Of a stretch of 64,000 nt of DNA, positions 12,400-27,174 are shown piece by piece. The number at the start of each line of letters is the position of its first letter. Positions within the stretch are counted from its first letter, which is position 1. Position numbers and translations under genes: made by a program. The notes beneath the pieces were generated by a model. It was not told where the DNA came from and searched no databases. It was given only the letters and a program-made list of their open reading frames with translations. The DNA is taken from the NCBI GenBank assembly GCA_951406725.2, contig OX597816.1, forward strand, positions 163,866,001 to 163,930,000, given 5' to 3'. The DNA comes from Octopus vulgaris (lineage: Eukaryota).

Positions 12400-13800
12400 G
12401 ATAGAAAAATTCTTATTCGTACGGATTAGGAAAATTTTGGTAACGTTGGCGACATTAGTTTAGTCAGCAGAAAGAATATTTTTAAATAATTTTGGTAACA
12501 GTATAGAAAAAACTACAAAACCTGCAAAAATAGAACAATGCTAAAACTATCTTCAGCTGTTTTAGCATCAATAATATCAAACATAATTCTAGAAGTATCC
12601 AGTTTGACATTGTTGAATATCTCTCTTCCAATTCTAAATTCCCACTCAACAAACAGCTAGAATTCCTTATATCTTATAATACTATTGAAGATAACGAAAC
12701 CGAAATTACCCTGCTTTCTAGAAAAACATATCAGCTTCATACAGATTCATCCTGAGTATCGGATCTAAATAGTTGTTTTGATATAAGTATGGGGGATAAA
12801 TGACAGCGTAGAAACATGTGACCTTATAGGATTATATATCTCAAATATTTTAAGCAGAAAAAAAGTGGCTATATCCAAGTACACCAACATGTACACCATT
12901 GACATATTAAAGAAAAAATTTTGTCAAACTCATTTAGTAGTTGCGATCTAAAATTAACAATCACTACAAATACGAACAATAAATTACTTCCTAGCTATTA
13001 CTCCAAATTTAATTCCAAACTTATATTAACAACTTCTTTAAATCTAATGAAAAAAGCAGCCTGCATGAGTACAGGCTTCTGCCAGCCACCTGCACTTTTC
13101 GAAAATCTTATCAACATCCGCAGACGGGTTTCTAGTTTGTCCTCAAATAAGTAAATCTTTGACAAGGCAGCCCTTTTTTATGACAAGACAGCTGATTCAA
13201 AGACCCATTTTCCTATGCACCTGATCTCCACCACCCAAATTAAGAAGAGACACCGAAACCCACTTTTTCACTAAATTCTAAGTTTAATATCAACAAGAAA
13301 TTTCTGACATTTCTCTACCATCCACAAATATAGGCAATTATTTATTAGCCATAATCTTACATTTCATTACAGTTGCACACCTGACGTGAGAAAAATTTTA
13401 TACATAAACCTTCCCTTCAAACCTGAATCCTGCAATACAAGTATAAATACCAGCAGATGGTCATCAAATATGCATTATAATGCAGAAACCAACATACATG
13501 GAGATTACCTATACAGACACACTACGAAGGCATGAGTGAGATCAAAAACAGAATTATGTCCAAGTTATCCTATTATTCATTAGAAGTCAAAATTTTCTGA
13601 TGACAAAATCAGATATGAGATCAGTAAAAGGTCAATGGACTGCAGAAATAGGAATACAAGATGCAATCTCTGAACAGCTGAAAAAAGTTTCATTCTTAAA
13701 ACCAGTATAATACTGACTAATACTAAAATGTATAATCCAAAATTTTTACAAAATATCGACATTTTGACCTTTTGTTACGTAAATGGAGCTGGTCACTTGT
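12400..13800 (+). pseudogene. degenerate Penelope-like RT + GIY-YIG ORF (resembles Hydra-type PLEs)
   Basis: Frameshifted motifs in PLE order: QFDIVEY, CFDISMG..DSVETCDLIGLYI, QPPALFENL..RRVSSLSSNK*IFDKA, PTFSLNSKFNINKKFL, FHYSCTPDVRKI, RCNL*TAEKSFIL. Confidence 0.75.
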
Positions 13801-13840
13801 TTCAAAGCAAATACACTAATGTTCTAAAAATGTGCACATA

Positions 13841-14317
<477 letters not shown>

Positions 14318-14380
14318 ACGAGTATATATATATATATATATATTTAGAAGAGCATTGTGTATTGTTTGCAAAGGATAAAC

Positions 14381-14608
14381 AGTTTTGAATGGTACAACAA
14401 TGCACTATAATATAGACAATGGGCTATTTACCTGTTGTAATTTTGTCATCCGTAGTCTGATATGATATTTCGGAATAATATTCCTTCTTCGCGACTAAGA
14501 ATATCTGAAGAAGGAATATTATTGCGAAATATCATATCAGACTATGGATGACTAAATTGCAACAGGTAATTGTCTATATTATAGTGCGTTGTTACACCAT
14601 TCAAAACT
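14381..14608. repeat. fold-back inverted repeat (~105-bp arms, 16-nt spacer) with hammerhead at 14501-14537 (+)
   Basis: Arms 14381-14490 and 14507-14608; AUAU-CUGAAGA-a-GGAAU-auu-AUUGC-GAAA-ua-UC/AUAU. Confidence 0.85.
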
Positions 14609-14669
14609 TTATATATATATATATATACATACATACATATATATATATACATATATATATATATATCCG

Positions 14670-15020
14670 TAATAATGAAGGGTGAAATTAATTAATTTGG
14701 AATAATTATCAATTACACCAAGTAGTCTTCGGCATGTAAAAGCCTCATTCGAGGAAAATTTAAGTAATACTAAGCAATAAAGGGTTTGGCAACGAATTGC
14801 CTTACCACATACCGAATTTAGAAATAGCAGTCAAAGAGTTATAGCTATTTCTTCTACTAAAAAGGGAGATCTCAGTAAAAACAGCAATTGGAAGGCAGAC
14901 ACAAACAGGTAAGAGGGAATGAATTGACGGCAATCTATCATACAATTTTAAGTTATCTACGGACGTACGTTTCGAAATCAAGTTTTTAGGAAAGCATAAG
15001 AATTAAATATTAAATAATTC
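14670..15020 (-). mobile_element. PLE pLTR-like element (family shared with 42950-43290 and 54430-54820), hammerhead 3' half only
   Basis: Shared ccacataccgaatttagaaatag block; minus strand GAAAC-GUAC-GUC at ~14955-14975. Confidence 0.65.
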
Positions 15021-15022
15021 TA

Positions 15023-15149
<127 letters not shown>

Positions 15150-15259
15150 AACAAGTTAAAAACAAGAAAAAAAACACACCAACGCGAGGACGTGGAACAA
15201 ATAAAGTATTATTGGACGCTCAGGAAAGAAGGGAAGAAGGAACATACATACATACATAT

Positions 15260-15507
15260 GTGGAGGCGCAATGGCCCAGTGGTTAGGGCAGCGGACTCAC
15301 GGTCATAGGATCGCGGTTTCGATTCCCAGACCGGGCGTTGTGAGTGTTTATTAAGCGAAAATACCTTAAGCTCCACGAGGCTCCGGCAGGGAGTGGTGGC
15401 GATCCCTGCTGTGCTCTTTCGCCCCAACTTTCTCTCACTCTTTCTTCTGTTGGCCTGCTCGCTTAGCCAGCGGGGTGGCGTCATTTGAGGGCTAAAACAA
15501 TGCGAAG
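15260..15507 (+). mobile_element. SINE family B head with alternative tail (B2)
   Basis: B head and body, then tcttctgttggcctgctcgcttagccagcggggtggcg; same tail as 17631-17943. Confidence 0.85.
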
Positions 15508-15509
15508 AA

Positions 15510-15954
15510 CATGGATTGGATCTGTAGTCTTCGAATTAGCTTTCTCATTTCTGATTTAGGCAGTGTGTTACATATCACAGGGCTCCAATAATTACAGGTA
15601 TGAACCTGAACTTGTACTCTGGATAGAGTAACTGCAGATTTCTCAATAGCTCAGCATAGATGTTCTTCTTTTCACTCATCGTCAGCTTTATGTTTACATC
15701 CGCTGGGAAGCTAATTCCCACAACTCTTTACTCTTTTACTCTTTTACTTGTTTCTGTCATTTGACTGCGGCCATGCTGGAGCATCGCCTTTACTCGAGCA
15801 AATCGACCCCAGGACTTATTCTTTGTAAGCCCAGTACTTATTCTATCGGTTTCTTTTGCCGAACCGCTAAAAGACGGTGACGTAAACACACCAGCATCGG
15901 TTGTCAAGCAATGCTAGGGGGACAAACACAGACACACAAACATATACACACACA

Positions 15955-16006
<52 letters not shown>

Positions 16007-16414
16007 TACGACGGGCTTCTTTCAGTTTCCGTCTACCAAATCTATTCACAAGGCTTTGGTCGGCCCGATGCTATAGTAGAAGACACTTGCCCAAGGTGCC
16101 ACGCAGTGGGACTGAACCCGGAACCATGTGGTTGGTAAACAAGCTACTTACCACACAGCCACTCCTGCGCCTTACCACACAGCCACTCCACAGCCACAAC
16201 TGTACACAGTTTCTTTTCTCTATCCCAATCCATTATATCAGGTCTGTTGTGTTTACATTTCATTGAAATCTTCACTGGGACATTCCACCAGTATTCCTTT
16301 TTATTATGAGTGACTATGGCTTCTACCATAATGTGGGTTTTTATTTCTTTGTTCTCGGGATTATCCTTCCGACGGATTTCATTATAGTGCCCTAGCTACA
16401 ACGTCATTTCTCAT
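15510..16414 (-). pseudogene. R4-clade-like LINE 3' fragment (REL endonuclease), split by a SINE A
   Basis: RNDVVARAL..EYWWNVPVK..HNRPDIMDWDREKKLCTVV|GISFPADVNI..EKKNIYAELLRNLQLLYPEYKFRFIPVIIGAL; TSD ccacaact at 15718-15725 and 16194-16201. Confidence 0.8.
15724..16193 (-). mobile_element. SINE family A with stuttered 5' end
   Basis: Full copy; head segment ccacacagccactcc is repeated at 16172-16193. Confidence 0.9.
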
Positions 16415-16596
16415 CTGTATGTATATATGCATGTATGTATGTATGTATGTATGTATGTATGTATGTATGTATGTATGTATGTATGTATGTATGTATGTAT
16501 GTATGTATGTATGCATGCATGCATGTATGTATGTATGTATGTGTGTGTGTATGTATGTATGTATGTATGTATGTATGTATGTATGTATGTATGTAT

Positions 16597-16885
16597 GTGA
16601 CTTAGTGGTCAAGGTGTTGCATTGAAAATCGCGAGATCCTGGTTTCATTTCCTAGATCGGGCGGTGCGTTGTGTTCCTGAGCAAACCACACTTCATCTCG
16701 CGTTGCTTCGCGATCACTTCGACACCTGACGCGTGGCACACAGTGCCACAGTGTCCAGGTGGGGATGGGGGGGAGTGAGCTAATGTGCGGCACGAATATT
16801 TGGTCACTATAAATAAATAATTTCTGTAGGTCGCTCGGCAAAGGCTGAACGCCCATACGTCATCTTCGACGGGAGAATCCATCAA
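16597..16885 (+). mobile_element. degenerate tRNA-derived SINE (family E)
   Basis: gacttagtggtcaaggtg..ggtttcatttcc head followed by gttgtgttcctgagcaa middle as in family C. Confidence 0.6.
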
Positions 16886-17578
16886 ATATGTATGTGTGTG
16901 AGTATACGGGTGCCATATTTCACCTTTAATAACCATAAGCTTGTATTCGTTCATACTTTTATCGTTTTACTTTCCTATTCACATAGCTTACATCCTTATC
17001 GCTATTTTTCCCATTATATCCTGTTTATTCATTACATCATTTTGCTTCTTATTGCCTTTTCTTTCTTTTTATTCTTCTTTTCATTCCCTTATCGCTGTAA
17101 TTTTTTCAAAAAGAAACATCTTAGTTTTGTTTATTGAAATTTACGTCTCACGTAACTGCCTTTACCCATAAAGCCCTAACGGAAGTTGTTTGCCAAATTT
17201 CATGTTACGTAAACAAGTTCTTAATCACGTTGAGTAAACAAATTAAATCTTATGAAAATCTAATTAAACTCTAATTAAGACTTTAAACACGAGCCTTCTG
17301 AATTCTAATCAATAGTTTATATGCACACAGACATACACCCCCCCCCCACACACACATACATACATACATACATACAAACATACATACGCGCACACGTACA
17401 TACACACACATATGTATATAAATACATATATAAATATATACATATATATGTATGGATACACATATATACTACTAAATATAGTATATATATATTAAGTGTA
17501 TATATATAGATATATATATATATATATATATATATTTTACACACATACACACATATACACATATACATATATGCATAT

Positions 17579-17630
<52 letters not shown>

Positions 17631-17632
<2 letters not shown>

Positions 17633-17943
17633 CACCGTGATCACCGTGTCCGACCAGGCTATCAGATGCTGCTACACATCGCTAGTCACAATGCGCTTCG
17701 CATTGTTTTAGCCTTCAAATGACGCCACCCCGCTGGCTAAGCGAGCAGGCAAACAGAAGAAAGAGTGAGAGAAAGTTGTGGCGAAAGAGTACAGCAGGGA
17801 TCACCACCATCCCCTGCCGGAGCCTCGTGGAGCTTTAGGTGTTTTCGCTCAATAAACACTCACGGCGCCCGATCTGGGAATCGAAACTGTGATCCTACGA
17901 CCGCGAGTCCGCTGACCTAATCACTGGGCCATTGTGCCTCCAC
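17631..17943 (-). mobile_element. SINE family B2
   Basis: Reverse complement of 15260-15507 with an extended tail. Confidence 0.85.
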
Positions 17944-18399
17944 ACGCACATATATATATATATATGTATGTATGTATTTGTATATATGTATATATATTCA
18001 TGGGTATGTATATATATTCTTTATAGTCTGAATTGCTTCAATCTTACGACCGACCCCATGCTGGAGCACTTCATGGAAGAACTTCGTCGACCAATTCGTC
18101 ACAATATTTTATTTGAGTACAGGGCTTAGTTATTCTGTCGGTCTCTTCTTGCCGAGCGGCTAATGTTACAGGGTCAAGCCATCATTGGTTGTCATAAAGT
18201 TAGATACACACGCAAGAATGTGTAGTGGCTAGCGATCTATGCATCTTCTCCAAGTAAGTTTTATTTCAATAATTATGACGCGCACTCTTAACTCTTTACT
18301 TGACCTTTCCTCCCTGCCTGTCTGTCTTCCTCTCTACCTGTCTCCCTCTTTCTTATTTTTCACCCCTCTGGTTTCTTTTCCTTCCTCTCTCTCTCACTC

Positions 18400-18485
<86 letters not shown>

Positions 18486-18744
18486 TCCTCCTCTCTCTGG
18501 CCGCTGACCGGAGGGCTACTAACTTTCTTTCTGCACACTGCTTTCAACAAGTCAACATCGGCTTTCTTCTGTCTTCCGCAAGCCGATCTTCAGAATGTGT
18601 TCTAACGAATTTTTCCACCGTCTAGGCATAAAAAACAAAAAGCCCTTATTGTTGGTTTCCTTGTCTTGTTTTTATTCTTTATTGGTACTGTTTTTTTTCT
18701 TCATTTGTATTGCTTTTACGTCCTGTTCTTGTCACTTTTTTTAC

Positions 18745-19070
18745 CCCTCTGCAAAAGAATTTTATTTACTTCATTTTGCAGGAAGGATTGCTTCGGTCGG
18801 ATCGTGTTCTGCCCTTACCTTCGAAACACGCATTGAGTCGAAACAGGGGCAGCTGATGAAGGGGAATATTCCTTGTATTGTTTGTCTTGTACTCTGTTTT
18901 TTCGTTGTTAAAAAAGTCCGTTTCCTTGTTTGATTTTATGTTTTCGTTTCTCATTGTGTTCTACGTTTATTTGTGGTGTCCTGTACTCATATATGCATGT
19001 ATATATACATATAGATGTAGGTATGTACATATATGTATGTATGTATGTATGCATATGTTTCTTTTATTAA
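18745..19070 (+). mobile_element. dispersed repeat (PLE 3'-end-like); second copy at 31625-31975 (-)
   Basis: Shared gtcttgtactctgttttttcgtt..gtggtgtcctgtactca..gatgtaggta blocks; ends at (TA)n. Confidence 0.7.
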
Positions 19071-19075
19071 ATTGT

Positions 19076-19145
<70 letters not shown>

Positions 19146-19472
19146 AAAGCTGAAGTTGTCTGTGCATGGTAGGTTTGGTAGCTTTTAACTAACACTACCT
19201 CCTCCGAGACCCTGCGGCGCAAGTTGACCAAAATTGAGAGTAAGATAGAAGAAGGCTTGCTCTTTCTTCCGTAGAAGAAAACATTCAAATCGGACCATGT
19301 TAGCACCAAAAATTATTTACACCAAAAACGTGCATATTTTCTGTGAAAATCCCTATTTTTTACGATTTTTTTGACTGCTGTGTCGCCATTTTTCGGTGTA
19401 TTTCAATCAGAAAAATGTTCACCTAAAGAGTAGAGAGTGTCAAGAGTATATATGTGTGTGTGTGTGTGTACA

Positions 19473-19571
<99 letters not shown>

Positions 19572-19586
19572 GTTATATATACGAAC

Positions 19587-19653
<67 letters not shown>

Positions 19654-19656
<3 letters not shown>

Positions 19657-19988
19657 AAGACCCCCTTCGGTCATGAATGACCATGGGATTGCACCTAGAA
19701 AGTTACCCTCCTAGACACAAGTCCGGGCAAGGTTGTTTATGGAAGACCAGCAGTCGCCCATGCATACCAGCCTCCCCTCTCCACGCCACTAGTGTTATCC
19801 AAGGGAAAGACAAAGGTCGATACAGCTTGGCACCAGTGACGTCGCAACTCATTTCTACAGCTGAGTGAACTGGAGCAACGTGAAATAAAGTGCCTTGCTC
19901 AAGAACACAACAGGCAGCCCGGTCCGGGATTCGAGCTCACAAACTCACGATCGTAAGCTCGACGCTCTAACCACTGAGCCATGCGCCT
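19654..19988 (-). mobile_element. SINE family C
   Basis: Near-identical to 1103-1437; tail abuts (TA)n. Confidence 0.9.
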
Positions 19989-20164
19989 TATATAGTAGAA
20001 ATATATATATATATATGTATACATATATATATCGGTTCCATTGACCATAGTTATTGACAAGGCATCGGTCTGCAAGGACCTCCAGTTGAAGACACTATGA
20101 CGCGTAGTCGGTATGAACCTGACTTCACGTGACTGCGAAAGCGAACTTGTTGACCACACAACTA

Positions 20165-20197
<33 letters not shown>

Positions 20198-20556
20198 CAC
20201 CGCATGCGCGCGCGCACATAGACACAAATATTGCGCGCGCGCGCATGCTGTTTACATTTGTGTGTGCGCCTGAATGTGCGTGCGAAGTAACCGATAGACG
20301 AGGAGGGGAAAGACAGACAAGAAATATAGAGGAGGAAAAGACATATATATATATATATACATAGAAAGAGAGGGAGAGTGAAAGTGAGAGTGGGAGAGAG
20401 AGGTGGGAGGAGAGGGAGGGAGAAAAAGAGTCAGACAGAGGCAGACAGACGTAGAGAGATGGAGAAGCAGTCATGTCTATCGATTCTCCCGATCTCATCA
20501 CATCGCTGATCAATCAATCGATCGATCGAATGTAGAGTATTGACAATGGAATATAC

Positions 20557-20597
<41 letters not shown>

Positions 20598-20628
20598 AGC
20601 ACATACACGCACACATAGAAGACGGATT

Positions 20629-20661
<33 letters not shown>

Positions 20662-20675
20662 ATACAATATGTATG

Positions 20676-20815
<140 letters not shown>

Positions 20816-20825
20816 CATACACGTA

Positions 20826-20987
20826 GGCGCTGGTGCGGCTGTGTGATAAAAAGCTTACTTACCAACCACGTGGTCCCGGGTTCAGTCCCACTACGTGACA
20901 CCTTGAGTAGGTGTCTTCTACAATAGCCTTGGGCCAACCAAAGCCTTGTGAGTGAATTTGGTTGACGGAAACTGAAAGAAGCCCGTC

Positions 20988-21055
<68 letters not shown>

Positions 21056-21130
21056 CTGTAATTGTTCCCTTGTTGTTGTTTTTTTGTTTCCGTTTGGATT
21101 AAAATTATATATATATATATATATATATAT

Positions 21131-21211
<81 letters not shown>

Positions 21212-21490
21212 ATTTGTATATATGTATATGCATATGTATGTATGTATGTATGTATGTAAGTATATATATATATATGTATATGTTTGTATGTTTGTCCCCC
21301 CACCTCAACATCGCTTGCGACCGATGCTGGTGTGTTTACGTCCCTGTAACTTAGTGGTTCGGGTAAAGAGACCGATAGAATAAGTATTAGGCTTACAAAG
21401 AATGAGTCCTGGGGGTGGGGTCGATATGCTCGACTAAAAGCGGTGCTCCAGCATGACCGCTGTCAAAATGACTGAAACAAGAAAATAAGA
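20826..21490 (+). mobile_element. SINE family A with expanded internal (TA)n
   Basis: Head 20826-20988, about 300 bp of TA-rich insert, 3' half to 21490. Confidence 0.85.
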
Positions 21491-21494
21491 GAAG

Positions 21495-21533
<39 letters not shown>

Positions 21534-22039
21534 TATACAGACAGACATACACACACTAACACTAAATACTCACACACAGACAGTAACATATCCAGAGAGA
21601 GAGAGAGAGAGAGAGTTAGAGAGAGAGAGCTAGCTATCTGCTCTCATCTATCTTAAAGGGGCTTCGTAAACAATTGATTCAATACAGCAGTTGTATGATA
21701 ACACATAGCAATATATATATATATGTCTGTACGTACGTATATATATTTATTTATATACGCATTTATAATATATGTGTATATAAATATGTGTGTATCTGCA
21801 TTATGTGTGTGTGTGTGTATAAATATATATATATATATATATGTACACACACCCACATAGATATAAATATATGCACAAGGTGTGTGAATATATGTGTATA
21901 TGGGTCAATATTTCCTACACACATACATATATAGATATATATATATATACACACGCGCACACACACACACATAGATATACATATAGATACATATATGTGT
22001 AAACATATAGAAATATATAGACAAATAGATTTACATACA

Positions 22040-22082
<43 letters not shown>

Positions 22083-22159
22083 TTTATTTTAAGCAGCAGA
22101 AAATTCAACAAAATATATATATATGTGTGTGTGTGTGGAAAGAGGGGGAAGGATGTTGT

Positions 22160-23545
<1,386 letters not shown>

Positions 23546-23718
23546 CGTGGTGAAGGGCTGGTAGAAGCAGTGAGAGTCGCTGCTATATATCACGTGATCG
23601 TCTCTTTGATCCGCCATATGTTTAATTTTCTTTCCCCGTAATCTTTATTCACCTCTTTCCATCTTCCCACATATTAGACATAACCACACATCCTCTCATC
23701 CTCACCCCACCCCCGCAG

Positions 23719-23759
<41 letters not shown>

Positions 23760-23792
23760 GCTCTTAGCATCTTGCTCTCAATTTATGCATTT

Positions 23793-23834
<42 letters not shown>

Positions 23835-23882
23835 TGTTTTATCGTATTCATTCATCAATCTTATTTTATCTACCTACGGCAA

Positions 23883-23955
<73 letters not shown>

Positions 23956-24052
23956 CTATATCGATCGATCTATATTTTACGTAGTTAACGCTCCTTTTCT
24001 ACATCCATCTGTATAGCTACACTATTTCTCCTGCTTCCTCTCACCCTCTCCA

Positions 24053-24087
<35 letters not shown>

Positions 24088-24192
24088 TTAGTATATTAGA
24101 CATACACACACTCATATGTATATAATGGTAAGATCCAAGAATCAAGCTGTAGGAAGATAGTAAGCTTCAAACAGTACAATAATGATTTATTG

Positions 24193-24258
<66 letters not shown>

Positions 24259-24261
<3 letters not shown>

Positions 24262-24418
24262 ACGGGCTTCTTTCAGTTTCTGTATACAAATCTACTGGCA
24301 AGAATTTGGTCGGCCCGGAGCTATAGTAGCAGACACTTGCCGAAGGTACCACGCTGTGAGACTGAACCCGGAACCAAGTGGTTGGGCAGCAAACTTCTTA
24401 CCACACAGCCATGCCTGC
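24259..24418 (-). mobile_element. SINE family A, 5' half
   Basis: Ends at the internal (TA)n. Confidence 0.8.
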
Positions 24419-24478
24419 TCCAATGAAATAATTTTATCATTCAACTACGGCAGTGGTTGAATATATTCTTAAGTCCGA

Positions 24479-24710
24479 AGGCGGTGAGCTGGCAGAAACG
24501 TTAGCACGCCGGGAAAAATGCGTTGCCGTATTTCGTCTGACGTTACGTTCCGCGTTCAAATTCCGCCGAGGTCGACTTTGCCTTTCATCCTTCCGGGGTC
24601 GATAAATTAAGTACCAGTTACGCACTGGGGTCGATGTAATCGACTTAATCCGTTTGTCTGTCCTTGTTTGTCTCCTCTGTGTTTAGCCCCTTGTGGGTAG
24701 TAAAGAAATA
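24479..24710 (+). mobile_element. SINE family D with 16-bp TSD
   Basis: TSD atatattcttaagtcc at 24461-24476 and 24710-24725. Confidence 0.92.
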
Positions 24711-25001
24711 TATATTCTTAAGTCCACGATTTCGTCAAGCGCAGCAGCTTCCAAGCTTCACCACTAAATTGTAAAATGTTAACAGTTTTAAAGAGAACAT
24801 CTCCTCAGCTACCTTTTGGCATAAACAGTTTGAGATTTGGTTCAGTAGAAAAAAGTTACATCAAAATATCTGCGACCTTTAAGGGGGCAGTAACTATTAC
24901 TTCTGGTAAAATAAAAAAAAAATGAGAAACTTTTTACTAAAAATATTGCAGCTAAAATTAAAATTTGAATATTAAAAATTATTTTATTATAGTTTATTAT
25001 A

Positions 25002-25404
25002 GGCACAGGAGTGGCTGTGTGGTAAGTAGCTTGCTAACCAACCACATGGTTCCAGGTTCAGTCCAACTGCGTGGCATCTTGGGCAAGTGTCTTCTGCTAT
25101 AGTCCCGGGCCGACCAATGCCTTGTGAGTAGATTTGGTAGACGGAAACTGAAAGAAGCCTGTCGTATATATGTGTGTGTGTTTGTGTGTCTGTGTTTGTC
25201 CCCTTAGCATTGCTTGACAACCGATGCTGGTGTGTTTACGTCCCCGTCACTAAGCGGTTCGGCAAAAAAAGAGACCGATAGAATAAGTACTGGGCTTACA
25301 AAGAATAAATCCCGGGGTCGATTTGCTCGACTAAAGGCGGTGCTCCAGCATGGCCGCAGTCAAATGACTGAAACAAGTAAAAGATAAAAAGGAAGATAAA
25401 AAGA
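25002..25404 (+). mobile_element. SINE family A
   Basis: Full copy. Confidence 0.9.
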
Positions 25405-25622
25405 AATAATACTATGCTTATTTAAGTAGAATTTGGCTAATTTACTACCTTAAATACAGAAAAAAGTGACTAATTAGACAAACTTACAAATTAGCTCAAC
25501 AGTTTTGTGCAATAAATCTAAAAGATGAGAACTGTAAAGAGTGACAAATTAGAAGAACTGGTATTCTTTGCTGCAATATTTTAAGTAAAAAGTTTCCTAT
25601 TCTTTACTTTACTTGAAGTAAT

Positions 25623-26026
25623 GTTAGCCGTATGAAAGATGGCAGAATCCCCAAGGACATACTCTACGGAGAGCTTGCTAGGGGTACTAGGTCTGTGGGT
25701 AGACCGATCTTACGTTACAGGGATGTTTGCAAAAGGGATATGAAGGCCTGCAACATCAATATTAGCGGTTGGGAGGCAGTCGCCGGCAACCGTGGGGAAT
25801 GGCGACGTACCGTAAAAGAGGGAATACAAAGGAGTGACAGAGAGAGAGAGGAGAAATGGAAAGAAAGGAAGAGACGTAAACAAGAGACTATGGCACTACA
25901 ACCAGCCAGGAACAGTCTTCGCTACATTTGCGGTACCTGCCAGATGGAGTGTTTGTCCAGGATAGGACTACACAGCCACAGCAGGAAATGTATCAGGACA
26001 TGAAATATAAAAGCCGGACTAGACTA

Positions 26027-26071
<45 letters not shown>

Positions 26072-26112
26072 ATGCGCAACTCCATTGTCTCCCGAGACAG
26101 AAAGGATGCCAA
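25623..26112 (+). mobile_element. 5'-truncated RTE-clade LINE (ORF C-terminus + 3' UTR) with 13-bp TSD
   Basis: RMKDGRIPKDILYGELARG.R..GRP.LRYRDVCKRDMK..C..C...CLSRIGLHSHSRKC; TSD tacttgaagtaat at 25610-25622 and 26113-26125. Confidence 0.92.
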
Positions 26113-26580
26113 TACTTGAAGTAATAGCTTATCCTATACTTTTACAGGTATAATAACTTGTCCTGTACCTTTCCAGGTTTATAATCTTAAGAATATGACT
26201 TTCCATGCTCGCATCTTTCCATGGAATAAAATAAGGAAATAATGAGAGGAAAGAAAAGTTGAGCAACCTTTATATATTTCAGGCGCAATGACCCATCAAC
26301 AGAAGAGAACAGCTAATCATAAATTAAATTTTAAATTAATTTTTAATTATGTAATTATCAAAGCAATTATCATCGCGAGCAATTCCAGGTTTTGGGGCAT
26401 AAATACAGTTCCTATTTTTAGATTTTCATCTCCCCTTTTTTATAAATTTTTTAGAGTACTTATTATATTTTTTCCGTAGTTTCTGCTGTGGCCATGCTGG
26501 AGCGTACTCTTCATTTGTCTTTGGTATTATTTCTTTCCGGGTAATATACGGGTGTGTTGTGCCCATTTGAACATTTGAGA

Positions 26581-27174
26581 CAATATGACGACAAAAAGCC
26601 GTCCTCCATACTCTACCAGCATGCCAAAGAGAAGGAAAGGAAGCACTCCGTCGGTTACGACGACGAGGGTTCCGGTTGATCCGAATCAACGGAACAGCCT
26701 GCTCGTGAAATTAACGTGTAAGTGGCTGAGCACTCCACAGACACGTGTACCCTTAACGTAGTTCTCGGGGATATTCAGCGTGACACAGAGAGTGACAAGG
26801 CCGGCCCTTTGAAATACAAGGTACAACAGAAACAGGAAGTAAGAGTGAGAGAAAGTTGTGGTGAAAGAGTACAGCAGGGATCGCCACCATCCCCTGCCGG
26901 AGCCTCGTGGAGCTTTTAGGTGTTTTCGCTCAATAAACACTCACAACGCCCGGTCTGGGAATCGAAACCGCGATCCTATGACCGCGAGTCCGCTGCCCTA
27001 ACTACTGGGCCATTGCGCCTCCACTTGCATGCCAAAGACCAGCATGGAGGTAACCTGGGTCAACTTGACATCAACATTTTATCCAAGCACCCAAAGAACC
27101 CAACACTCAGACAACTACGGGAGTACCTCATCATAAATGAAACATCCCCAGTACTAAATAGGAAATATATGTAG
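26581..27174 (+). pseudogene. PLE GIY-YIG C-terminal fragment split by a SINE B
   Basis: Rejoined: KPSSILYQHAKDQHGGNLGQLDINILSKHPKNPTLRQLREYLIINETSPVLNRK; TSD gcatgccaaaga at 26619-26630 and 27027-27038. Confidence 0.7.
26631..27024 (-). mobile_element. SINE family B with 12-bp TSD
   Basis: Full copy; see TSD above. Confidence 0.92.

Noticed and set aside
13662-13673. In-frame TGA at the second Cys of a CxxC motif, suggesting selenocysteine as reported for some PLEs
   Set aside because: The element is riddled with stops and frameshifts, and the neighbouring copy has a TAA at the other Cys; simple decay explains it and I identified no SECIS
15901-16266. Recurrent ORFs such as [29 protein letters not shown] that look like a gene family
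   Set aside because: They are antisense translations of SINE family A
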